Assembly: GCF_947568905.1 (NCBI RefSeq)
Contig: NC_079166.1
Span: forward strand, 84,630,001 to 84,694,000
Reading direction: 5' to 3'
Length of the DNA stretch: 64,000 nt
Source: Ostrea edulis
Taxonomy: Eukaryota
The notes beneath the pieces were generated by a model that was given only the letters and a program-made list of their open reading frames with translations, had not been told where the DNA came from and searched no databases. Below are positions 48,849 through 62,084 of this stretch, piece after piece. Position 1 is the stretch's first letter; each line of letters begins with the position of its first letter. The translations under genes were made by a program, and so were the position numbers.

Positions 48849-51800
48849 ATGTATAATCCTGGCACGCTGTGGTGTCCTTTGTAAAATGGATGTGATTTAT
48901 ATACAGATTGGTTACCAAGAACCGTGAATAAAATTGAATTTTGTGAAATCACCACTAAAAATAGACTTATTGATATTCAACTTGTAGTTCAGATTTACCT
49001 TCGGGCAAGACAACTTTTTACATGTATCAAACTATGTACAAATGAATACAAAATATTTAACTCAAGAAACGAAGCTATGAAAAGAAGATGATAAATAGCA
49101 ATTGAAACTAGATTATTTTGAAAACATGCATATATGTTTACACGTAACTGTATCTCTAAAACATTCCCATAGAAATACATGCACGTAATATAGATTTTAT
49201 CAAACACGTATTCGAACAGCTGTAATTTTCAGAAGCCTTTAATGTACATGTATAATGATCAGATATTGTATATGATGGGATTCGTACATTCACGGTATCA
49301 TACTATACAGTAGGAATTTACAAAATATTGAATATTGCTTGACTTATTTAACAAGGAATTTTACATTAAAATATATGGGAAGATCAAGTTTTACTAAAAC
49401 GTTTAAAAAGAAAATCATGTTTTCATACAAATCGCGCGGTGAAAAGTTAAATAAACGTTATACTCATTAGAAATCGAATGAAATTAATAATTTTAAAGGA
49501 AGTGAACTAGAAAATATGCATTGCATGAAATGTGGATATTGCATCCCCTCGTGTTTGCCTAACTCTCTATTTTGTGTCGCTGATACATGTATGAGTTATG
49601 AGATTGATCACTGTTCGTTACCTTCATCTTTCATAATAAACATAAAATAGCTCCAGAAAGTAAATAGTGTGACCCGAAACTAATTTCTTTGTTTTATTAC
49701 GATATTTCATTAATTAAACATTATAAATTTAAGGTTTATGGAGGTAATCCATTATTTCCTTGCTCTGTCATATATGAGACACATTTATATCAATGGCAAA
49801 GTAAGTGTAACAGCAGATATTGGAATTGATTGATAAGGTTTTGGTGCAAAAAATGAAATCAAATCTAATAACAATGCAATAAAAAACCGAAAAAACCCCT
49901 CAATATTCCCAGCTCCTCCAACTTCTGAACTTACTCGGAAGCGCTGTATATTCCAATATTCAAACTCAAATTTATCAGATTTTAAACCATAAAATAATAT
50001 GCTTATTCAGGATCTGTACCAGTGTCTGATGTTTCACAAAATCCTTCATAATTACAGTGTTGATTAAAATATTGTTCCTCTTTGTTTGTCACAACATTTG
50101 ACGTTAAAATTATTCTAACCCCCCCACCCCAGAGGCTTACCTCGTCTGACCCACTTTGATAAACTGTCTGTAGGTTAAATATCTTTATTACATGTCTGCA
50201 ACAGAATTGTTTCTGTCTACTATTACATGCGTTTGTAATTGGAAATACTTGCATACAGTGGAATGTTATGTTTAGATTTTTAATACATGTGAATACAGAA
50301 TGTATTTTTCAATTTTGTATTTTTCTTACTTGTTAAATAGGTCCTCTGGGGTTCTTCCTCTCTTGATACATAAATGTAAGCTTATCAATTAGAACAGGGC
50401 ACAGAGTCAAACTAGGGGTGGTGAGAACTGCGCTTTCTGTTTATATCCATGTAATATGACACAAAATGTTCAAACTCACGACCACAAAGATACCCCTTCA
50501 ATGTACATAGCTAGAATTTTCACAAGCACACCAGTCAAGGAAAATTCCACTCACATTAAAACCAACTGCTAGTGAAGAAAGAGCATTCTCAGAAACAATG
50601 TCTTTCTTTCCAACATTAAGTTCAAACTGATGTCCCACATCAAGTTCATTCTCTGCTGAATAAGCATTTCAAAAATATTATTACATTTAAACGTATAATG
50701 AATTCGAACAAGTAATTTTTTCTAAGAAAATAATGTTCCATTCTAAGAAATATTGATAAAATATGCTCCCCGACCAAATGACTAGTTCAATCTAAAACTG
50801 GATATGTTGCCCTTTTCCATACCCATGTGTGTCTTAACATATATATTACCATCACTTTTATATATAATGCTAAATATCTGTAAACAACTATGTAATTGTG
50901 ACGAAAACACAATGCGTCCCACTGACATCAGTGTTGACTTTTAATGGATGCTAAGAGATAACCCTGCAGGGAGGTACATGTGATGGTTTTTGTTTTGATG
51001 AGGGAGCTTCCAGTGATTGAAAATATTCGATAATCTTGATACATTATCTCCCTACTCAACTGATGATTCTCATAATCTATCGTATACATCATAATGAGAA
51101 ATTTAAACCCGTTGTTACATATTCATGTTCACTGCCTTTTTTCATTTTTGTTCCCATTTTTAATGTTTAGAAAATTTAACTAAGGTATTTCTAATGGTTA
51201 GCAAAACAAAATGGATGTTAGTTGTCGAGGTGCTTGGGAGATACAGAGCTCACAAATTCCTTGTTATGTAAACAAGGCTCATACGATGTTTTTGTTTACA
51301 TGGGCTAAATATACTTGTAAAGTTTCATTTAAAGCAAATTTGTTCAATTTCCAGGTTAGTTCTTAACACGGTTAAATAGTTTCTAGCGTTTGGCACATCT
51401 AATTTTGTTTTAACATGCAATTCTCTGCTAAGTGATGTACATGTACATAAAACCATGGTGCTAGCCTTGTTTATATACATGTTACGACGAATTGTAAGTG
51501 CTGTATATCACCTGTCACTCAACCACTGATCTTCAAATTTTCCTTGATCATTAGAAATACTATAATAAAGCCCCCAAAAAGGAAAACCCCAAAAATATCA
51601 TAATGTCTCTTCACGGTTGTGAGCGGAGCTAATCTATGACCACTGTAATTTACCTGGCCAAGAGAGCAGGGTAAGTATTGGCTGTTATTGTTATCAAAAT
51701 ACCTTTCTGGGTTCCCTCCAGACCCAGTTTCTGCAGATGTATCTCCGCCTGACATATGTTGTTAAACGTTTGAATGACAGGTTGCCTACCATTGATCACC

Positions 51801-54083
51801 ACTCCTCCTAGGCACCTGATCCCACCTCTGGTGTGTCCAGGGGTCCGTGTTTGCCCAACTATCTATTTTGTATTGCTTGTAGGAGTTATGAGATTGATCA
51901 TTGTTCGTTATATTCACTTTGCATACAGGTAAACTTCGGGGATATTAACTTAAAATTGTGTCATTAAGCGTTGTAAACAAGAAAAATGGAAAAATGAAAT
52001 TGACAATTTTCAGCTCAGATCGTGTCAATGCTCCTTTAAGGAGCATTTGGTTTTTTAAAAAATGAATTTGTCTTATTTTTACCAAGGGTATATATGTCTT
52101 TCAAAACGTCGGAAGCGCAAAACATATTTTTTTTATATTGGGGATATACAACGCCATGCACTTGAACGGGGAATTTAGTGACTGTTTCTATTTTGGGATT
52201 TCCATATCTAGACAGAAAGCAATGTACCATTACAAGTGACTGAGAGTCAGCTTAATATTTGAAGAGAATACCATTGTCACTTGCTACAACCGGTCGAAAC
52301 TAAATATGAATTATGAAGGATTGCTCAGAGATTCTTTGAAGAAGTAAATCCTAATCCGTGTTTGCCCAACTATCTATTTTGTATTGTTTGTAGGAGTTAT
52401 GAGATTGATCACTGTTCGTTATCTTCACCTTGCATCCAACCGAGTTAAGTTTGATGGCCTTGTTTGCAAGCATCTCCACGCTACGATTAAACTGTTTTGA
52501 TAGTGTGTTATGTCAACTCGTCTACAATGAATACATTATACCATGCACGTAATACGTAATGATAATTGATGATAAACATAAAAAACCCAAACACATACAA
52601 TGATTGATTACCATGACAGTTTCCGAATCTTCTTCTCACCTGTCATTGAAGTCATTACATACTATTTTTCAAATGATAACTTGATGTCAATTAGCACATC
52701 ACACACACATACACAAAATAGAGAATTCACAATATTTGCTTTCTCAGAATATTGTTACAGAAAATATAATTTGATATGATATATGTGCTTGAATGATTAT
52801 TTGAAAGAACAAAGTTTGCAAATTATCAATGTATTCAATCATTTCCATATATGCATACGTCATTCGTTAACTATTATTGGAAAACGTAAGGTAGACACTG
52901 ATTCTAACTTAGAATTACTCCGTTTACCTGATCGGAATGTAATGCACACGGCGGTTGAGATCTGTCGACAGGGAATACTTACTCCTCCTACAAACTGTTC
53001 CCACTTCTGGTATAACCAAGGATATTTGATTGCCCAACTATTTATAGGAGTTATGAGATTGATCGCTGTTCTCTATTCCCGCCTTTTCACTTAGCACAGC
53101 CAATGCTCTTTAATAAAGACAGGGAGAAATTGTATTATCTATGTAGGATCAAATATTTCAACAAGGCATACCCCCTTCATTGAAAGTATCAATTTAGAAT
53201 TTGGAGGTGCAGATACAAAATCTGCGTGGTCGCTAGAAGTCTTTCGAGCAAGCTTCCCGCCTTAAAAAGTGCGGTTTTTCGTCCTTGATAAACAGAAACA
53301 TTAAGGATCCTTTCTGCTAAATAACAAGGATAGAGTATTGTATCACACTGAGATACAGAAGTATTACATTGGAATGTATACGTCAAGAATGGAGATATAC
53401 TTTGTACGAGTGGATGTATACAATATCAATAAATGTCTATCTAAATATGTTAAAACGGGAACCTCCTGCCTTATCGAGGTAGAGTTATTGATGCGTATCA
53501 TATAGAAATGTGGTATAAGAAATGAATTAATGACTATGTGAAAGTAGTGTCACAAATGTCGAAACAACACATACTACATTTTGTAACATCAAATTGAAAT
53601 ATGGAAGACTCAACGGGAAACTCTTTGGAAAAACAACTGCTCTAAATTCTTTAGACTGCAATGTACAGGGAGGCATCCTGGAGAAATATTTGATTGAAAC
53701 TCTTTTAGGGGGATAACAACTCTGCTACGTTCCTTATGCATGAGCATTGCAACCAAGAACATGAAGGCAATCACAATTTACATACTCCTATTCAGTCATG
53801 GGGTTTAGGAAATACACTAGGATGGATAACGTATGGGTAGAAAATATGAAATGGATGTCCCCTATTCTGTATAAATACATTGCATTTTCTAAGCAACGTA
53901 AAAGAAAATGGGAATTTTAACAATTTGAGTAGAATGATGGTAAGTATTATTTTTAGATGAATGATTGAATAAGTCAGATACTACTGATTTATTGTCATTT
54001 ATCATACTAATTGTATCTATTTATTCCAAATTGATACCATCGATTCTGAATTTCTGAGCATAATGGTTAGGTTTTCTATTCAG

Positions 54084-54278
54084 GTATGTCTTACAGTGGA
54101 TATGGTCACGTGGTTGAGTCATGTCCTCTCAATAAGACAGAGTTTACAGCAGCCGCGACCAGACTGAACTGTGCCGTCGATACGAATGGAAATAATCAGT
54201 ATACATGTGTTCCTAAGTTTGATTTGACGGCGATAGTAGAGTTCTGCTACAATTACACAGTGGCATTGTACCCGAAAG
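54084..54278 (+). CDS. Cys-rich extracellular-domain protein (oyster-type expanded family), exon A
   Basis: ttcAG...AAAG|GTGAGT; MSYSGYGHVVESCPLNKTEFTAAATRLNCAVDTNGNNQYTCVPKFDLTAIVEFCYNYTVALYPK(G), 195 nt, phase 1-1. Confidence 0.8.
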
Positions 54279-54569
54279 GTGAGTACAAAATCAAAAGCAA
54301 TGCCAAAATTGAGAATTTTCTATTTATCACTATAATTCAAAGTGGTATGTTGCGTTTATTATTGCAATATTCAGATGCATGTATTTTATGTATGTATGTA
54401 TTCAGATGCATGTACTTTAACAGTATCGGAAAATTGACAAAAATATATTATGTTTATATATATATTGATGTTAATAATGGACGCTTTTTGGAAAACATAC
54501 TCACTGCTCCATCATCATATACACGTGTACATCAATCTACGTTAATGCACTGTCCTTTCTTTTAATCAG

Positions 54570-54677
54570 GCAATTGTCTAGGGGAAATAAAGAATGGACG
54601 CCTGGACACAATCAACTGTAGTCAATTCACGGATGGTTGTCCAAATGACTATTACACAGGAAATGAACTGTATAGAT
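54570..54677 (+). CDS. Cys-rich protein, exon B
   Basis: ttttaatcAG...AGAT|GTTAGT; NCLGEIKNGRLDTINCSQFTDGCPNDYYTGNELYR(F), 108 nt, phase 1-1. Confidence 0.8.
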
Positions 54678-54784
54678 GTTAGTACATTAAGTAACGATTA
54701 CTTAGTGAAATATACAGACACAATGCAATCATTATAAACGTCCATTAGATTCATACCCTCACATATATTCTTTTTCTCTTTTAG

Positions 54785-54851
54785 TTCCGGCTTGCTTCCA
54801 ACTCAATACAGAACAGCGGTGTTTCTTTGCAGACCCCTCTTGTCCGAACAA
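54785..54851 (+). CDS. Cys-rich protein, exon C
   Basis: tttttAG...AA|GTAAGT; PACFQLNTEQRCFFADPSCPN, 67 nt; later exons and the signal-peptide exon not identified. Confidence 0.8.
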
Positions 54852-55490
54852 GTAAGTAATCAGTTATGTTGAGCGTGCATTACTTCAAATTAGCGAATGT
54901 TCAAGTAATTGTAGCAACCTCAATAATTGAAAATACTTTTGAGGTTACGTTTGCATTTACCTACATGTAATTATGTGCTCATGTGAAACGTATACGGTAC
55001 GCGGGTACCAATTTTGATGCACCAAATGCGAGTGTTATGTATATTTATTGAATGTTGTTTTACGTCCCTCTCAAGAATATTTCACTCATATGGAGACGTC
55101 ACGACTTTATCGTGCCACACCTGCTGCGATTTTCGTGGTCTCATCCAAAGGAATTATGTGATTCCTTTGATTGTAAGACGTTTTCAAATATACCGCCACA
55201 GTCCATTCCTCATAAAAGCATATTCATTTTGCGTGTTATTTCTACATCCCGTTTCGAACTGAAACCACACGGCTTCAATTACTGTCCTACATGTCCGGGT
55301 AAAATTGCAACATATAGTGAACACACTGTATGATTTAGTATTTGATTGATCATTCGCCAAGCGCCATATATTAGAAGTGGGAGTCGCGGGTCTTTAGGAT
55401 ATGCTCAGGTCATACGTGTACCAGGTTGCATAAAATGTTATCATACAGAACATACTCACTGCTGAATTTAAAGCTATCCAAAAACGTACT

Positions 55491-55491
55491 G

Positions 55492-55574
<83 letters not shown>
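55491..55574. repeat. (TA)n(TG)n compound microsatellite
   Basis: Read directly. Confidence 0.95.
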
Positions 55575-55576
<2 letters not shown>

Positions 55577-56721
55577 TGGAATGTTTGATATGTGCGAAGT
55601 AAATATATATATATTTGGTGGGATGTTTGATATGTGCAAAGTAAATTAGATTGAGTAATACCAGTTAAGTTGTTTTGTTTTTTTGCACTAGAAGCGATTA
55701 CATTGATATTCAATTTGTTTTCATACAATATTTAGTAATAGCGGTAGACAATTACTTAAACACACTTTTTGATAAAAAATGATATAACTATACAGAATAA
55801 TGCATCAACTATGTATGAATTACACTGTTATATTCAATACCAAAGGAAATGTTTCCCACTCATACCGTCCATATGAGCAGGTGTACCTTTTTATCACAAA
55901 TATCTGTATCTGTCATACCTTTGAGAGTACTGACTGCACATTCTCTACCCAGAGATTCGTGCGCTCCTCACACTACACATCTGTCAACGGCTTTTTACAG
56001 AAATCTTGTAAAAGTTTCTATAATCCAACATTTATGTTTTGGACTAAATATTTTGTCATATTATGATATGTTTTTGGGGAAATTAAATTGATGCTTACTG
56101 TAAATTGCTTAAAATCACCGTTTTCTGATCATAAATTTGGAACTATTTCGTAATATGCGTATGAATGTAGGACATACACGTGGTGGAGATTTAAATGTAA
56201 ATATGGAATCAAAAGTAAGAAAGGCTGTACAAATAAGATAAAACTTGCAAAATAAGAGACAAACAGCTAAGTGGTAAATATGTACTTATTACAGTACCAG
56301 TGGGCTATGAAAAGAGCCTGATGTATCACTTGTTGCCAGAACTTGCACTGTAGATGTGTGTATTGGGTAGCATTATTCTCCTTAAGACATTTTGAATTAA
56401 AGTATATATAGACACGTTTAACAAAATGTATCATTCATAGCCATCCACGATGTATAATGTTCCAATCAAATCTGCTTTGCAAGGAAAATCTAATACATTG
56501 ATCAAAGTTTCAAAATTTGTATTATATTCTGAACACATTTTCCATTACGAAATGTTTACTGATACATGTTGATCAAAGAAAGAATAATCAACAGTGACAG
56601 CAATCTCATTGTCCTTAAAGGCATGTAAGTACTTCTTTTTCCTTGAATTTACACTTTAAAGTATTTGCACAACATTCATAGTTCGGGGTTCACAAAAACA
56701 TCGATTCTACCCGTTTAGATA

Positions 56722-56725
<4 letters not shown>

Positions 56726-56794
<69 letters not shown>
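56726..56794. repeat. (GA)n microsatellite
   Basis: Read directly. Confidence 0.95.
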
Positions 56795-56797
<3 letters not shown>

Positions 56798-57344
56798 TAA
56801 TTAAAACTTAGAACTACATCTAAAAATTTGGAACTTGAATTAAATAAGAACGAATAGTGTTCTTGTGACCCCAGAACCATGAATATTGTGCAAATAGGTA
56901 GAATGTACTTCACCGGTCCCCCGGAAGTTTACTGAATGTGCATGTCACGCGACCCACATTCTGGTTGCTATGCAAAAGTAAAAAAAAAAAGATCGACGCC
57001 ATTTTGTTTCCGGTAATTTGCAATAAAACAAGTTCAGATAATGATATCAAATAGCTTACCTATAACTGAAAACCAATCAGACTGTTATTTAGGGTGTTAG
57101 TTACGTCTGTTAAAGGTGGAGTTTTCTTGATTTTTGGAGGTTTGGAGACTGTATTTGAAAGTTTTATTTCTGTGTCCGTTACAAAGTCTGATATTGCTGA
57201 TTCTGGATTATGAATTTCTTTAATAATTTGGCAGAAAGTGATAAATGGATTGATGGATTCTTTTAGAAATATTTTTATGACACATTATTGTACAAAATAG
57301 CTGTTATACAGTACTTTCTGTGTTCCGTGTGCTGTTGATTATTT

Positions 57345-57775
57345 GTAAGTGCCCTCCAAGTTGATTTGATCGTGTTTGTGTGAGTGCCGGAATTCCGATC
57401 CACGAAATTAACGCGGTGGTTCAAAGTCAAATGATTAAATCCTTCTTCACTAAGTGAACTATATGTTCTCCAGCAATCGCTTATGATAGATGTGCCCGGC
57501 CTTGTGTGCTTCTTGATTATTGTCACCAGAGTATCTGCAGTTCTGTGTGCCGCGCTGACAAAAAAAAACTACATTTTTTTGGAATCCCCCTCAATTCCTC
57601 CAAACACCCACACCCCGTCCAAACGTATTCCTTTGTGATATTTCCTTTCCCCAAATTTTTATTCATCAATTTCAACAATTTATCCAGGTCCCTCGATGAT
57701 GTTACTGCTGTTTTTTTTCTAAATATATTTCACACACTTCTCGTCCAAAATTATACCAATCTGTTATGGATTTAT
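57345..57775 (-). mobile_element. Merlin (IS1595/IS1016-like) DDE transposase relic
   Basis: DWYNFGREVC...VEIDE*KFGERKYHKG...WVFGGIE...TIIKKHTRPGTSIISDCWRTYSSL...LNHRVNFVD...HTNTIKSTWRAL. Confidence 0.8.
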
Positions 57776-58429
57776 GGGAAATTTCCAGTTCATGAATCAA
57801 AATATATTGAACAGACATTATTTGTCGAAATGCGCATCTGGTGCATCAAAATTGGTACCGTATAAGTTTTACATTGAACACATTTATAAACCCGAACATA
57901 TGTGATAGATTTTTTTTCAATGTTAAATTGTTATTTTCAAATCAAGATGACTTTCTAATCGATACTTTCCTGTTTCATTTTATGTTGTTACATCTACAAA
58001 CCTGCTATAGGACGACAAGTCCTTTCGCGGTCCAAATACTCCAAAACCACACAATTCGCAAATACAGTCACGAAGAATCAGAATAAGACCTATTTGTATC
58101 AGCCAATTAATTATGCTCTCCAAATAATTGCATACTTTTCACAAGATTTTTATGTTTTACTCGCATATTTGTTTACATTAGACATATGTTGAACTGTCAA
58201 AGTCGTTAATATTCGCTTGGCACAGAATGAGCGCTTGCGAAATTAATAACGGATGCCATTTTGAAGAATCATGTAGATTTGTTAATATTGATCGTATTTA
58301 AAATTCCAATTAAAATACATTTTATAAAGGTAAGAGTCTAATAATATGATAAACAATACTCACCTGCTTTTCTGGACACATCCTCAAATATGAATATGCA
58401 TACATTAAACATTTGGTAAGCTATGTAGT

Positions 58430-59130
58430 AACATTATAGAAATGTTTGTTTACAAAGCAGATGACCTTTAGCCTAGGGTAAAACCAACAAGAATATTGCA
58501 GTAAGTAGCTAATCGTAAATAGAGCAATGTATATATTTACATTATCAAAATCGGTTAGTATAGTACGTTCTTTGCATGTACAAAACATTGATACATCGAG
58601 ATACTATGATAATCTGTATATAAATGAATAGCAACAGGGTCATCAGTTTCTCGTCTAATCAATGACAAATTCCAAACGTGCCTTTGGTTTAAAGTTACCC
58701 TTTTCCCCAACATGACACTCCATCAATTACATCGCTGGATTTACAATTCATATAATTTTTGACATGATATTTGCTACTGTTGTAGTCCTCAAATCGATTA
58801 GTTTTAATGACATATTGACATAAAGTGCACTTTTCAGCACCACACGGCTGCCATACATTTTCTGTAAAAAAAAATCAGATCATTGTGTTTCTTATGTACC
58901 AGAATGTCTTTAATTATTTTTATTAATCTCTTTTAAAAGTCACAATGAGCATGTCTTTAAACACTATTTTGAGGCGGTCAGAATATTGAAGAATTTTTGA
59001 CGGTTTTCAAAATCTTATGAATATTGGGAAGTCCTTTAGAATAGTTTACCACAAAGGGAACAGGGTTACCCTGCTTCGCTTTTTAGTAGCTTAAAAGATT
59101 TGATCGGTCGAGTTTATCTACTTTCATAAT
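58430..59130 (-). mobile_element. Decayed Penelope-like element, RT thumb to GIY-YIG endonuclease region (Neptune-like Cys linker)
   Basis: Manual translation across frameshifts: VPFVVNYSKGLPNIHKILK, KDILVHKKH, PCGAEKCTLCQYV, NCKSSDVI, DPVAIH. Confidence 0.6.
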
Positions 59131-59292
59131 TTGTTTTTCTACATCACTATCTAAATAACTGCGATTTCTTATTTTTTTCTTTATTTTTTTTCGTTGAATT
59201 TGACATTTTTGTTCTGTGGAACAAATTCTACGCGCACGGAGCCCAAGTCCAAAGGGAACATATATAAAGGGAATATATATACACAGTGTTAA

Positions 59293-60771
59293 AGGACGGA
59301 ACGCATGATTCTAAACCTTTTTTCTTCAGTTTTACAGCAAAATTATTGTTTTCATACCCTAAACTACTTTATATGTGCTTTTAATGACATATTTTACGGA
59401 GTTTTCGAGTTTGAAATCGACGAAATCCAAATCTTGAGTTATGCATTGCTTTTTTTATTTTACGCGCCATTATGTGTAACTTCATACATGCATGCGCCCT
59501 TGAGTCTGAAAACATATATTAGTCATTTCATAAACAGACTAGATTTAATCGACAAAAAAACAAAACAAAAACAAACAAAAAAACCAGCAAACTATTATCA
59601 CGTTAACTGTTTGTAATTTGCGTTGCATCAAGGTGGTTTTTTGCCGTTTAAGGGTGTTCTAGTTGTGGATAGAAAGAATGTAGACTGAGTTTATCTTTCA
59701 TTTTTCGAAGGAAGGTGTGAGAAAAAAGACGTGGGTATTTTTCATTGAAGGAAATATTCTAACTTAAGAAATAAACACCCAGTTACCTTTGTCCATGTAC
59801 TTTTTCAAAAACAGCTTAGACAGAGACCCATATAAACTGCGAGAAAATAGATATATCTAAGTTTAGCACTGATCTTCAAATTCAATATACACTCGGATCA
59901 ATTGACCTTTACCTTGTAACAACAGATATGTAGCTTGTGCTTCCAGTTTCTACCAACTGATAAATTTAGAAAAAAAAATTAAAGATACAAAATAATTGAA
60001 CTTTTAATTATGAATAACAAAATGTTCTATTTCCTAACTTTAAATCAGATTACAAAACTATGCTTCCTTTTATGTTTATAAAATATGGTGCACCAGTAAA
60101 ACACTGTGTTCCCACTTCCTAACGACGTGTAGATCACGATTTAAAAATAATCATAAGATTGTTTTATTACAATAAAGTAATATGACTTTTCAAATTTGAT
60201 TATCTTTATTCATCCGTGATTGTTTGGTGTGGGTTTTTTTCTCTCGAAATGCACTCGTGAAGTATCTAGGCCTGATTGTCAATGATGTAACGTATTATAT
60301 TTTTTACAATCCAAATAATAATAATAGTAGCAACGTTTATTTTAGTAAACATCTCCAATTACAAGTGTATATATAGAAATGACATTACCAAATAATGTGT
60401 AGACAGCGAGCCACATAAACATCTATTTACTAGCAATATTGCCGAATTCATACTCGGTTCCTCTGCTATATTTGGGCATTTGCATTGTTATTTGTGTGCA
60501 CTGGTCTAAACATCTTTTTATTAGTTTTTAAAAATATCTTACACTACATTCACAATCGTTGATAGAAGCAGGGCACATGTGACGCCGCTGTACCACTTGA
60601 CAACCAACATAATCAAAGAAACTTTTTGAAATCGTGGTTTAGATTTCAATCCGTATTTTGGGTTACCATCGCAATATTTCGGTGACTAAACTATTAGAAT
60701 TGATTATTATAAGCATAAGAAAGACAAAACGCATATAATTTTGTATACTTTGGAAACATGTGATATGTCCT
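59293..60771. mobile_element. Kolobok-like non-autonomous element
   Basis: TTAA flanks; TIR AGGACGGAACGCATG vs AGGACATATCACATG (11/15). Confidence 0.5.
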
Positions 60772-60919
60772 TTAATAAATGTTATCTGGATTTTGCCTAA
60801 AAAAGATATCATCATATTTGATATTTGCGCAGTTATTAATCATTAATTATACTGTGTCAAATGATGCGAATTTTAGAATTGTGTGGTTTAATGAATATCC
60901 AGAGAATTTTGAAAAACTG

Positions 60920-61420
60920 ATGTATATCAGTGTCCAATGTGTACAGTGCATATAAGTATCTAGCATGTTCATTGTATATCAGTGTCCAGTATGTACAGTG
61001 TATATCACTGAGTGACCAGAATATTATACAGCTCATATCAACGAGTGACCAGTATAGTATACAGTATATATCAGTGAGTGACCAGTATAGCATACAATGT
61101 ATATCAGTATCCAGTATGTAGTGTGTATCAGCAATTGACCAGTATATTATAAAGTGCATATGAGTGAGTCACCAGTATATTATACAGTGCATATCAGTGA
61201 GTTACCAGTATATTATAAAGTGCATATCAGCGAGTGACCAGTATATTATACAGCGCATATCAGCGAGTGACCAGTATATTATACAGTGTATATCAGCGAG
61301 TGACCATATATTATACAGTGTATAGTATATACAGTGTGTTTCAGCGTCAAGTATGTACAGTGTATATCAGTATTCAGTATGTACAGTGAATACCAGTGTC
61401 CAGCATGTATAGCATTCATA
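60920..61420. repeat. ~31-33-bp minisatellite
   Basis: cagtatattatacagtgcatatcagcgagtgac. Confidence 0.85.
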
Positions 61421-61584
61421 AGTGAATATCCAATATGACGCATATATTTCATACAAACTTTGTTCCGATCCGCATTAGGATCCTATGTTCGATTACGGAA
61501 AAGGACGAGCGTGGTGCGATTGAGTTCTGCATAATTGTTTATTATTCTTTTAGCGTTTCCGATCATGATTGTAATTGTGATTGT

Positions 61585-61895
61585 AGCTTGTTTAACGTCC
61601 TTCGCAAAAATGTTTCACTCATATGGAGACATCCCCAATTCCAGTGAAGGTTAATGTTCGGCGTTTACACTCATTGAGCAGTCAGGGTCCATTAACGTAT
61701 CACATGTGACAAAGGACATCCGGTTTTTTTTCAGGTAATCTCCGAGGTCCCGATCTATTCACTCCAGCTATCGAGCGTTTAGCGATGGAACTATCGCTAC
61801 ATATTTTAAAAAACTTAAGTCTGTCGCAGCCGGGATTCGAACATCGATCTTCCGCATGCGAGTCGACCGCTCTACCCCTATCCCACCACCACGGT
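61585..61895 (-). mobile_element. Decayed tRNA-derived SINE
   Basis: Reverse tail tgtttaacgtcc...ttcactcatatggagac and head ccgggattcgaac. A similar decayed copy lies at ~40725-41046. Confidence 0.65.
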
Positions 61896-62084
61896 TTTCT
61901 CGATCATGAAAGAAAACGGTGCATTATTTTTTCATATACAACATCGGGAAATAGTTTGTATTTAGTCCTTATATGACTGAAATTATGCTACTTCACATGA
62001 TATCTAATGAATGCACCCAGTGTAGTATTATGTTATATTCTGTGTATACATGTATATATAATTATGAAACAGCAAATTTGCAAA

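Noticed and set aside
51519-51755. Minus-strand 78-aa ORF with a hydrophobic stretch as a real gene
   Set aside because: No supporting exons or recognisable domain; plus-strand splice signals fit the region equally well.
54279-54565. C-terminal part of the 159-aa ORF 54086-54565
   Set aside because: Read-through into an intron after the strong GTGAGT donor; the Cys pattern resumes at 54570.
56570-56625. Next exon of the Cys-rich gene (also ~58215-58310)
   Set aside because: Donor sites are present, but the candidate frames are short or closed and no acceptor could be fixed with confidence.
57808-57846. Functional hammerhead (copy 5)
   Set aside because: Core mutated (TTGAACA) and the stem I 5' strand is missing.
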